Below, in pieces: positions 1 to 11,900 of a stretch of DNA of 64,000 nucleotides. The number at the start of each line of letters is the position of its first letter. Position 1 is the stretch's first letter. The stretch is taken from NCBI RefSeq assembly GCF_009914755.1, contig NC_060933.1; one strand, given 5' to 3'. The position numbers and the translations under genes were made by a program. The notes beneath the pieces are model-generated. The model saw only the letters and a list, made by a program, of their open reading frames with translations. It had not been told where the DNA came from and did not search any database. This DNA comes from the human T2T-CHM13v2.0 reference genome, Homo sapiens.

Positions 1-3000
1 ACAATCGAGTTGATTCCATTCCATTCCATTCCATTCCATTCCAGTCCTTTCCATTCCATTCCACTCGAGTTGATTCCATTCTATTAGTTACCATTCCATT
101 CCATTCCCTTCCATTCCAATCTGGTTGATTCCATTCCTTTCCATTCCACTCGAATACATTCCCTCCTATTCCACTCGGAACGATTCCATTCCATTCCATT
201 CCATTCCATTCCATTCCATTCCAGTTCGTTCCATTCCGTTCTATTCCGTACCATTCCATTGCATTCCATTCCTTTCCATTCCATTCCTTTCCACTCGTGT
301 TGATTCCATTCCTTTCCATTCCATTCGGTTTGAAGGCCTTCCATTCCATTCAATTCCATTCCATTCCATTCCTTTCCATCCCATTCTATTCCATTCCATT
401 GCAATCGAGTTGAATCCATTGCCTTTCATTCCATTCCATTCCATTCCATTCCATTCCGGAAGATTCCATTCCATTGCATTCCATTCCATTCCGTTCCGCT
501 GCACTCGCGTTGATTCCATTCCATTCCATTCCATTCCATTCCTTTCCGTTCCATTCCATTCCATTCCATTCCATTCCATTCCGTTCCGTTCCATTCCATT
601 CCATTCCATTCTATTCGAGTTAATTCCATTCCATTCCATTCGATTGCCATCGAGTTGATTCCATTCCATTCCATTCCATTCCATTCCATTCCATTCCTTT
701 CCATTCCATTACGGATGACTCTATTCCATTGCATTCCATTCCATTCCATTCCCCTGTATTCGGGTTGATTCCATTCCATTCCATTCCACTCCATTCGGTT
801 CCGTTGCATTCCATTCTATTGCATTCCATTCTATTCGGGTTAATTCCATTCCATTCTATTCCATTCCATTCCATTCCATTGCAATCGAGTTGATTCCATT
901 GCTTTGCATTCCATTCCATTCCATTCCATTCCATTCCGGATGATTCCATTCCATTGCATTCCATTCAATTCCATTCCCCTGCACTCGTGTTGATTCCATT
1001 CCCTTCCATTCCATTCCATTCCGTTCCATTCCATTCCATTGCATTCTATTCCGGTTAATTCCATTCCATTCCATTCCATTCCATTCCATTCCATTGCAAT
1101 CGAGTTGATTCCATTCCATTCCTTTCCATTCCATTCCATTGCCTTGCATTCCACTCGGGTTGATTCCATTCCCTTCTTTCCACTCCATTACATTCCCTTC
1201 CATTCCACTCGGAATGATTGATTCCATTCCATTCCATTCCATTTCATTCCATTGCAATCCATTCCAATCCATTCCATTCCATTCCATTCCACTCGAGTTG
1301 ACTTCATTCCATTCCTTTCCATTCCATTCCATTCCTTTCCGCTCGAGTTGATTCCATTCCATTCCATTCCATTGCATTCCATTCCATGCCATTCCACTCG
1401 GGTTGATTTCATTCCTTTGCATTCCATTCCATTCCATTCTATTCCATTCCATTCCGTTGCATTCCATTCCATTACATTCGGATTGATTCTATTCAACTCC
1501 CTTACTGTCCATTACATTCCATTCCATTCGGGTTGTTCCATTCCATTCCATTCCATTCCATTCCATTCCGTTCCGTTCCATTCCATTCCATTCCATTCCA
1601 TTCCATTCCATTCCTTTCCATTCCGTTACGGATGATTCCATTCCATTGCATTCCATTCCATTCCATTCCCCTGTACTCGGGTTGATTCCATTCCATTGCA
1701 TTCCAATCCATGCCCTTCCACTCGTGTTCATTCCATTCTTTCCATTCCATTCAAGTTGAATCCATTCCATTGTATTCCATTCCATTCGATTCCATTCGAT
1801 TGCACTCGGGTTGATTCCATTCCATTGCATTCCATTCCATTCCATTCCATTCCATTCCATTCCATTCCATTCCGTTCCATTCCATTCCATTACATTCGGA
1901 TTGATTCTATTCAATTCCCTTACATTCCATTACATTCCATTCCATTCGGGTAGTTTCCATTCCATTCCATTCCATTCCTCTCCATTCCATTTCACTCGGG
2001 TTGATTCCATTCCATTGCATTCCATTCCATTCCATTCGATTCCATTCCGTTCCATTCCATTCCATTACATTCGGATTGACTCTATTCAACTCCCTTACTC
2101 TCCATTACATTCCATTGCATTCGGGTTGTTCCATTCCATTCCATTCCATTCCACTCCATTCCATTGCACTCGGGTTTATTCCATTCCATTCCATTCCATT
2201 CCATTCCATTCCATTCCATTCCGTTCCATTCCGGAAGATTCCATTCCATTGCATTCCATTCCATTCCATTCCATTCCATTCCATTCCATTCCATTCCATT
2301 CCATTCCTTTCCGTTCCATTCCATTCCATTCCATTCCATTCCGTTCCGTTCCGTTCCGTTCCGTTCCGTTCCATTCCATTCCATTGCATTCTATTCGGGT
2401 TAACTCCATTCCATTCCATTCGATTGCAATCGAGTTGATTCCATTCCATTCCATTCCATTCCATTCCATTCCATTCCTTTCCATTCCATTACGGATGATT
2501 CCATTCCATTGCATTCCATTCCATTCCATTCCCCTGTACTCGGGTTGATTCCATTCCATTCCATTCCAATCCATGCCATTCCACTCGTGTTGATTCCATT
2601 CTTTCCATTCCATTCAAGTTGAATCCATTCCATTGCATTCCATTCCATTCCATTCCCCTGCAGTCGGGTTGATCCCATTCCATTCCATTCCATTCCACTC
2701 CATTCCATTCCATTCCATTCCATTATATTTTATTCGGGTTAATTCCATTCCATTCCATTCCATTCCATTCCGTTCCATTACAATCGAGTTGATTCCACTC
2801 CATTCCATTCCATTCCAGTCCTTTCCATTCCAATCCACTCGGGTTGATTCCATTCTATTAGTTTCCATTCCATTCCATTCCCTTCCATTCCACTCTGGTT
2901 GATTCCATTCCTTTCCATTCCACTCGAATAGATTCCCTCCTATTCCACTCGGAACGATTCCATTCCATTCCATTCCATTCCATTCCATTCCATTCCATTC

Positions 3001-6000
3001 CATTCCATTCCATTTCGTACCATTCCATTCTATTCCGTATCATTCCATTCCATTCCATTCCATTCCATTCCATTCCATTCCATTCCATTCCATTGTACTC
3101 GGGTTGATTCCATTCTATTGCATTCCATTCCATTCCATTCCATTCCATTCCATTCCATTCCGTTGCATTCCATTCCATTACATTCGGATTGATTCTATTC
3201 AACTCCCTTACTCTCCATTACATTCCATTCCATTCGGGTTGTTCCATTCCATTCCATTCCATTCCACTCCATTCCATTGCACTCGGGTTGATTCCATTCC
3301 ATTCCATTCCATTCCATTCCATTCCGGATGATTCCATTCCATTGCATTCCGTTCCATTACATTCCCCTGCACTCGCGTTGATTCCATTCCATTCCATTCC
3401 ATTCCATTCAATTCCATTCCATTACAATTCGTTCCATTCCATTCTATTCCGTACCATTCCATTCCATTCCATACCATTCCATTCCATTCCATTCCATTCC
3501 ATTCCATTCTATTCGGATTAACTCCATTCCATTCCATTCCATTCCATTCTATTCCATTCCATTGCAATCGAGTTGAATCCATTGCATTTCATTCCATTCC
3601 ATTCCATTCCATTCCGGAAGTTTCCATTCCATTGCATTCCATTCCATTCCATTCCATTCCGTTCCGTTCCATTCCATTCCTTTCCATTCCGTTCCGTTCC
3701 ATTCTATTCCATTGCATTCTATTGTGGTTAATTCCATTCCATTCCATTCGATTGCAATCGAGTTGATTCCATTCCATTCCATTCCATTCCATTCCATTCC
3801 TTTCCATTCCATTACGGATGATTCCATTCCATTGCATTCCATTCCATTCCATTCCCCTGTACTCGGGTTGATTCCATTCCATTCCATTCGAATCCATGCC
3901 ATTCCACTCGTGTTGATTCCATTCTTTCCATTCCATTCAAGTTGAATCCATTCCATTGCATTCCATTCATTCGATTCCATTCGATTGCACTCGGGTTGAT
4001 TCCATTCCATTGCATTCCATTCCATTCCATTCCATTCCATTCCATTCCGTTCCATTCCATTCCATTACATTCGGATTGATTCTATTCAATTCCCTTACAC
4101 TCCATTACATTCCATTCCATTCGGGTAGTTTCCATTCCATTCCATTCCATTCCTCTCCATTCCATTGCACTCGGGTTGATTCCATTCCATTGCATTCCAT
4201 TCCATTCCATTCCATTCCATTGTACTCGGGTTTATTCCATTCCATTGCATTCCATTCCATTCCATTCCATTCCATTCCGTTGCATTCCATTCCATTACAT
4301 TCGGATTGATTCTATTCAACTCCCTTACTCTCCATTACATTCCATTCCATTCGGGTTGTTCCATTCCATTCCATTCCATTCCACTCCATTCCATTGCACT
4401 CGGGTTGATTCCATTCCATTCCATTCCATTCCATTCCATTCCATTCCGGATGATTCCATTCCATTGCATTCCGTTCCATTACATTCCCCTGCACTCGCGT
4501 TGATTCCATTCCATTCCATTCCATTCCATTCAATTCCATTCCATTACAATTCGTTCCATTCCATTGTATTCCGTACCATTCCATTCCATTCCATACCATT
4601 CCATTCCATTCCATTCCATTCCATTCCATTCCGTTCCATTACATTCCATTCCTTTCCATTCCATTCTATTCGAATTAATTCCATTCCATTCCATTCCATT
4701 CCATTCTATTCCATTCCAGTGCAATCGACTTGAATCCATTGCATTTCATTCCATTCCATACCATTCCATTCCATTCCATTCCGGAAGATTCCATTCCATT
4801 TCATTCCATTCCATTCCATTCCCCTGCACTCGCGTTGATTCCATTCCATTCCATTCCATTCCAATCCATTCCATTCCGTTCCGTTCCATTCCATTCCGTT
4901 CCATTCCATTCCATTCCATTCCGTTCCGTTCCATTCCATTCCATTCCATTCTATTCGGGTTAATTCCATTCCATTCCATTCGATTGCAATCGAGTTGATT
5001 CCATTCCATTCCATTCCATTCCATTCCATTCCATTCCATTCCATTCCTTTCCATTCCATTACGGATGATTCCATTCCATTGCATTCCATTCCATTCCATT
5101 CCCCTGTACTCGGGTTGATTCCATTCCATTCCATTCCAATCCATGCCATTCCGCTCGTGTTGATTCCATTCTTTCCATTCCATTCAAGTTGAATCCATTC
5201 CATTGCATTCCATTCCATTCGATTCCATTCGATTGCACTCGGTTTGATTCCATTCCATTGCATTCCATTCCATTCCATTTCATTCCATTCCATTCCTTTC
5301 CATTCCATTCCATTCCATTCCATTCCATTCCATTGCAATCGAGTTGATTCCATTCCATTCCTTTCCATTCCATTCCATTGCCTTGCATTCCAGTCGGGTT
5401 GATTCCGTTCCCTTCTTTCCACTCCATTACATTCCCTTCCATTCCACTCGGAATGATTGATTCCATTCCATTCCATTCCATTTCATTCCATTGCAATCCA
5501 TTCCAATCCATTCCATTCCATTCCATTCCACTCGAGTTGATTTCATTCCATTCCTTTCCATTCCATTCCATTCCTTTCCACTCGAGTTGATTCCATTACA
5601 TTACATTCCATTGCATTCCGTTCCATGCCATTCCACTCGGGTTGATTCCATTCCATTCCATTCCATTCCATTCCATTGCATTCCATTCCATTCCTTTCCC
5701 CTGCACTCGTGTTGATTCCATTCCATTCCATTCCATTTAATTCTATTCCATTCCATTCCATTCCATTCCAATCCGTTCCATTCCATTCCATTCTATTCCA
5801 TTGCAATCGACTTGATTCCATTCCATTCCATTCCATTCCATTCCATTCTATTCCATTCCATTCCATTCCATTCCATTTTTTTCCAATCCATTCTATTCCG
5901 AACCATTCCATTCCATTCCATTCCATTCCATTCCAGCCATTCCACTCGGGTTGATTCCATTCCTTTCCATTCCATTCGGGTTGAATCCATTCCACTCCAT

Positions 6001-8957
6001 TCCATTCCATTCGAATCCATTCCATTGCACTCGGGTTGATTCCATTCCATTCCATTCCATTCGATTCCATTCCATTCCATTCCATTGCGTTCCATTCCAT
6101 TGCATTACATTCACATTGATTCTATTCAATTCCCTTACACTCCATTATATTCCAATCCATTCTGGTTGTTTCCATTCCATTCCATTCCATTTCACTCCAT
6201 TCCATTGCACTCGGTTTGATTCCATTCCATTCCATTCCATTCCATTCCGGATGATTCCATTCCATTGCATTCCATTCCATTCCATTCCCCTGCACTCAGG
6301 TTGATTCCATTCCATTCCATTCCACTCCATTCGGTTCCGTTCCATTCCATTCTATTGCATTCCATTCTATTCGGGTTAATTCCATTCCATTCTATTCCAT
6401 TCCATTCCATTCCATTCCATTGCAATGGAGTTGATTCCATTCCATTCCATTCCATTCCGGATGATTCCATTCCATTGCATTCCATTCCATTCCATTCCCC
6501 TGCACTCGTGTTGATTCCATTACCTTCCATTCCATTCCATTCCGTTCCATTCCATTGCATTCCATTCTATTCCGGTTAATTCCATTCCATTCCATTCCAT
6601 TCCATTCCATTGCAATCGAGTTGATTGCATTCCATTCCTTTCCATTCCATTCCATTGCCTTGCATTCCAATCGGATTGATTCCATTCCCTTCTTTCCACT
6701 CCATTACATTCCCTTCCATTCCACTCGGAATGATTGATTCCATTCCATTCCATTCCATTTCATTCCGTTGCAATCCATTCCAATCTATTCCATTCCATTC
6801 CATTCCAGTCGAGTTGATTTCATTCCATTCCTTTCCATTCCATTCCATTCCTTTCCACTCGAGTTGATTCCATTCCATTCCATTCCATTGCATTCCATTC
6901 CATGCCATTCCACTCGGGTTGATTCCATTCCTTTGCATTCCATTCCATTCCATTCCATTCCATTCCATTCCATTCCGTTGCATTCCATTCCATTACATTC
7001 GGATTGATTCTATTCAACTCCCTTACTCTCCATTACATTCCATTCCATTCGGGTTGTTCCATTCCATTCCATTCCATTCCACTCCATTCCATTGCACTCG
7101 GGTTGATTCCATTCCATTCCATTCCATTCCATTCCATTCCATCCCGGATGATTCCATTCCATTGCATTCCGTTCCATTACATTCCCCGGCACTCGCGTTG
7201 ATTCCATTCCATTCCATTCCATTCCATTCAATTCCATTCCATTACAATTCGTTCCGTTCCATTCTATTCCGTACCATTCCATTCCATTCCATACCATTCC
7301 ATTCCATTCCATTCCATTCCATTCCATTCCATTCCGTTCCATTCCGTTCCATTCCATTCCATTCGATTCTATTCGGGTTAATTCCATTCCATTCCATTCC
7401 ATTCCATTCCATTCCATTCCGTTCCGTTCCGTTCCGTTCCTTTCCATTCCATTCCATTCCATTCCGTTCCGTTCCGTTCCATTCCATTCCATTCCATTCT
7501 ATTCGGGTTAATTCCATTCCATTCCATTCGATTGCAATCGTGTTGATTCCATTCCATTCCATTCCATTCCATTCCATTCCATTCCATTCCTTTCCATTCC
7601 ATTACGGATGATTCCATTCCATTGCATTCCATTCCATTCCATTACCCTGTACTCGGGTTGATTCCATTCCATTCCATTCCAATCCATGCCATTCCACTCG
7701 TGTTGATTCCATTCTTTCCATTCCATTCAAGTTGAATCCATTCCATTGCATTCCATTCCATTCGATTCCATTCGATTTCACTCGGGTTGATTCCATTCCG
7801 TTGCATTCCATTCCATTCCATTCCATTCCATTCCATTCCATTCCTTTCCATTCCATTCCATTACATTCGGATTGATTCTATTCAATTCCCTTACACTCCA
7901 TTACATTCCATTCCATTCGGGTAGTTTCCATTCCATTCCATTCCATTCCTCTCCATTCCATTGCACTCAGGTTGATTCCATTCCATTGCATCCCATTCCA
8001 TTCCATTCAATTCCATTCCGTTCCATTCCATTCCATTACTTTCGGATTGATTTTATTCAACTCCCTTAGTCTCCATTACATTCCATTCCATTCGGGTTGT
8101 TCCATTCCATTCCATTCCATTCCATTCCACTCCATTCCATTGCACTCGGGTTTATTCCATTCCATTCCAATCCATTCCATTCAATTCCATTCCATTCCGG
8201 AAGACTCCATTCCATTGCATTCCATTCCATTCCATTCCCCTGCACTCGCGTTGATTCCATTCCATTCCATTCCATTCCATTCCATTCCATTCCATTCCCT
8301 TCCTTTGCGTTCCATTCCATTCCATTGCATTCCATTCCATTCCATTCCATTCCGTTCCGTTCCATTCCATTCCATTCCATTCTATTCGGGTTAATTCCAT
8401 TCCATTCCATTCGATTGCAATCGAGTTGATTCCATTCCATTCCATTCCATTCCATTCCATTCCATTCCATTCCTTTCCATTCCATTACGGATGATTCCAT
8501 TCCATTGCATTCCATTCCATTCCATTCCCCTGTACTCAGGTTGATTCCATTCCATTCCATTCCAATCCATGCCATTCCACTCGTGTTGATTCCATTCTTT
8601 CCATTCCATTCAAGTTGAATCCATTCCATTGCATTCCATTCTATTCCATTCCATTCCATTCCATTCCATTCCGTTCCATTCCATTCCATTACATTCGGAT
8701 TGATTCTATTCAATTCCTTTACACTCCATTACATTCCATTCCATTCGGGTAGTTTCCATTCCATTCCATTCCATTCCTCTCCATTCCATTGAACTCGGGT
8801 TGATTCCATTCCACTGCATTCCATTCCATTCCATTCAATTCCATTCCGTTCCATTCCATTCCATTACATTCGGATTGATTCTATTCAACTCCCTTACTCT
8901 CCATTACATTCCATTCCATTCGGGTTGTTCTATTCCATTCCATTCCATTCCATTCCA
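1..8957 (+). repeat. ~9.3 kb higher-order repeat, upstream copy (begins before the window)
   Basis: Position 1 (acaatcgagttgattcc...) recurs at 9300. Identical ORF translations recur at offsets of 9299 (84->9383), 9294, 9289 and 9284. Identity ends at 8958 vs 18247. Confidence 0.95.
453..467. promoter_or_regulatory. Canonical three-unit heat shock element (HSF1 motif), representative copy
   Basis: aTTCc gGAAg aTTCc matches nTTCnnGAAnnTTCn. Other intact copies start at about 2228, 3611, 4778, 9752, 11527, 12910, 14072, 18311, 20014, 21451, 22170, 24691, 26642, 28460, 28835, 31467, 36809, 47662, 48525, 50211, 53792, 56457, 59993, 62298 and 63149. The motif match is direct; binding is inferred. 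Confidence 0.6.
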
Positions 8958-11900
8958 TTCCAATCGAGTTGATTCCATTCCATTCCATTCCATTCCATTC
9001 CACTCCATTCCAGTCCTTTCCATTCCATTGCACTCGGGTGGATTCCAATGTATTCCTTTCCATTCCATTCCATTCCATTGCAATCGAGTTGATTCCATTG
9101 CTTTGCATTCCATTCCATTCCATTCCATTCCGGATGATTCCATTCCATTGCATTCCATTCCATTCCATTCCGCTGCACTCGGGTTGATTCCATTCCATTC
9201 CACTCCTTTCCGTTCCATTCCATTCCATTCCATTTTATTCGGGTTAATTCCATTCCATTCCATTCCATTCCATTCCATTCTATTCCATTCCATTCCATTA
9301 CAATCGAGTTGATTCCATTCCATTCCATTCCATTCCATTCCAGTCCTTTCCATTCCATTCCACTCGAGTTGATTCCATTCTATTAGTTACCATTCCATTC
9401 CATTCCCTTCCATTCCAATCTGGTTGATTCCATTCCTTTCCATTCCACTCGAATACATTCCCTCCTATTCCACTCGGAACGATTCCATTCCATTCCATTC
9501 CATTCCATTCCATTCCATTCCAGTTCGTTCCATTCCGTTCTATTCCGTACCATTCCATTGCATTCCATTCCTTTCCATTCCATTCCTTTCCACTCGTGTT
9601 GATTCCATTCCTTTCCATTCCATTCGGTTTGAAGGCCTTCCATTCCATTCAATTCCATTCCATTCCATTCCTTTCCATCCCATTCTATTCCATTCCATTG
9701 CAATCGAGTTGAATCCATTGCCTTTCATTCCATTCCATTCCATTCCATTCCATTCCGGAAGATTCCATTCCATTGCATTCCATTCCATTCCGTTCCGCTG
9801 CACTCGCGTTGATTCCATTCCATTCCATTCCATTCCATTCCTTTCCGTTCCATTCCATTCCATTCCATTCCATTCCATTCCGTTCCGTTCCATTCCATTC
9901 CATTCCATTCTATTCGAGTTAATTCCATTCCATTCCATTCGATTGCCATCGAGTTGATTCCATTCCATTCCATTCCATTCCATTCCATTCCATTCCTTTC
10001 CATTCCATTACGGATGACTCTATTCCATTGCATTCCATTCCATTCCATTCCCCTGTATTCGGGTTGATTCCATTCCATTCCATTCCACTCCATTCGGTTC
10101 CGTTGCATTCCATTCTATTGCATTCCATTCTATTCGGGTTAATTCCATTCCATTCTATTCCATTCCATTCCATTCCATTGCAATCGAGTTGATTCCATTG
10201 CTTTGCATTCCATTCCATTCCATTCCATTCCATTCCGGATGATTCCATTCCATTGCATTCCATTCAATTCCATTCCCCTGCACTCGTGTTGATTCCATTC
10301 CCTTCCATTCCATTCCATTCCGTTCCATTCCATTCCATTGCATTCTATTCCGGTTAATTCCATTCCATTCCATTCCATTCCATTCCATTCCATTGCAATC
10401 GAGTTGATTCCATTCCATTCCTTTCCATTCCATTCCATTGCCTTGCATTCCACTCGGGTTGATTCCATTCCCTTCTTTCCACTCCATTACATTCCCTTCC
10501 ATTCCACTCGGAATGATTGATTCCATTCCATTCCATTCCATTTCATTCCATTGCAATCCATTCCAATCCATTCCATTCCATTCCATTCCACTCGAGTTGA
10601 CTTCATTCCATTCCTTTCCATTCCATTCCATTCCTTTCCGCTCGAGTTGATTCCATTCCATTCCATTCCATTGCATTCCATTCCATGCCATTCCACTCGG
10701 GTTGATTTCATTCCTTTGCATTCCATTCCATTCCATTCTATTCCATTCCATTCCGTTGCATTCCATTCCATTACATTCGGATTGATTCTATTCAACTCCC
10801 TTACTGTCCATTACATTCCATTCCATTCGGGTTGTTCCATTCCATTCCATTCCATTCCATTCCATTCCGTTCCGTTCCATTCCATTCCATTCCATTCCAT
10901 TCCATTCCATTCCTTTCCATTCCGTTACGGATGATTCCATTCCATTGCATTCCATTCCATTCCATTCCCCTGTACTCGGGTTGATTCCATTCCATTGCAT
11001 TCCAATCCATGCCCTTCCACTCGTGTTCATTCCATTCTTTCCATTCCATTCAAGTTGAATCCATTCCATTGTATTCCATTCCATTCGATTCCATTCGATT
11101 GCACTCGGGTTGATTCCATTCCATTGCATTCCATTCCATTCCATTCCATTCCATTCCATTCCATTCCATTCCGTTCCATTCCATTCCATTACATTCGGAT
11201 TGATTCTATTCAATTCCCTTACATTCCATTACATTCCATTCCATTCGGGTAGTTTCCATTCCATTCCATTCCATTCCTCTCCATTCCATTTCACTCGGGT
11301 TGATTCCATTCCATTGCATTCCATTCCATTCCATTCGATTCCATTCCGTTCCATTCCATTCCATTACATTCGGATTGACTCTATTCAACTCCCTTACTCT
11401 CCATTACATTCCATTGCATTCGGGTTGTTCCATTCCATTCCATTCCATTCCACTCCATTCCATTGCACTCGGGTTTATTCCATTCCATTCCATTCCATTC
11501 CATTCCATTCCATTCCATTCCGTTCCATTCCGGAAGATTCCATTCCATTGCATTCCATTCCATTCCATTCCATTCCATTCCATTCCATTCCATTCCATTC
11601 CATTCCTTTCCGTTCCATTCCATTCCATTCCATTCCATTCCGTTCCGTTCCGTTCCGTTCCGTTCCGTTCCATTCCATTCCATTGCATTCTATTCGGGTT
11701 AACTCCATTCCATTCCATTCGATTGCAATCGAGTTGATTCCATTCCATTCCATTCCATTCCATTCCATTCCATTCCTTTCCATTCCATTACGGATGATTC
11801 CATTCCATTGCATTCCATTCCATTCCATTCCCCTGTACTCGGGTTGATTCCATTCCATTCCATTCCAATCCATGCCATTCCACTCGTGTTGATTCCATTC

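Noticed and set aside
5588-5598. DUX4-like motif (TGATTCCATTA)
   Set aside because: The reverse complement TAATGGAATCA mismatches the central pyrimidines of the DUX4 consensus and is rare here.
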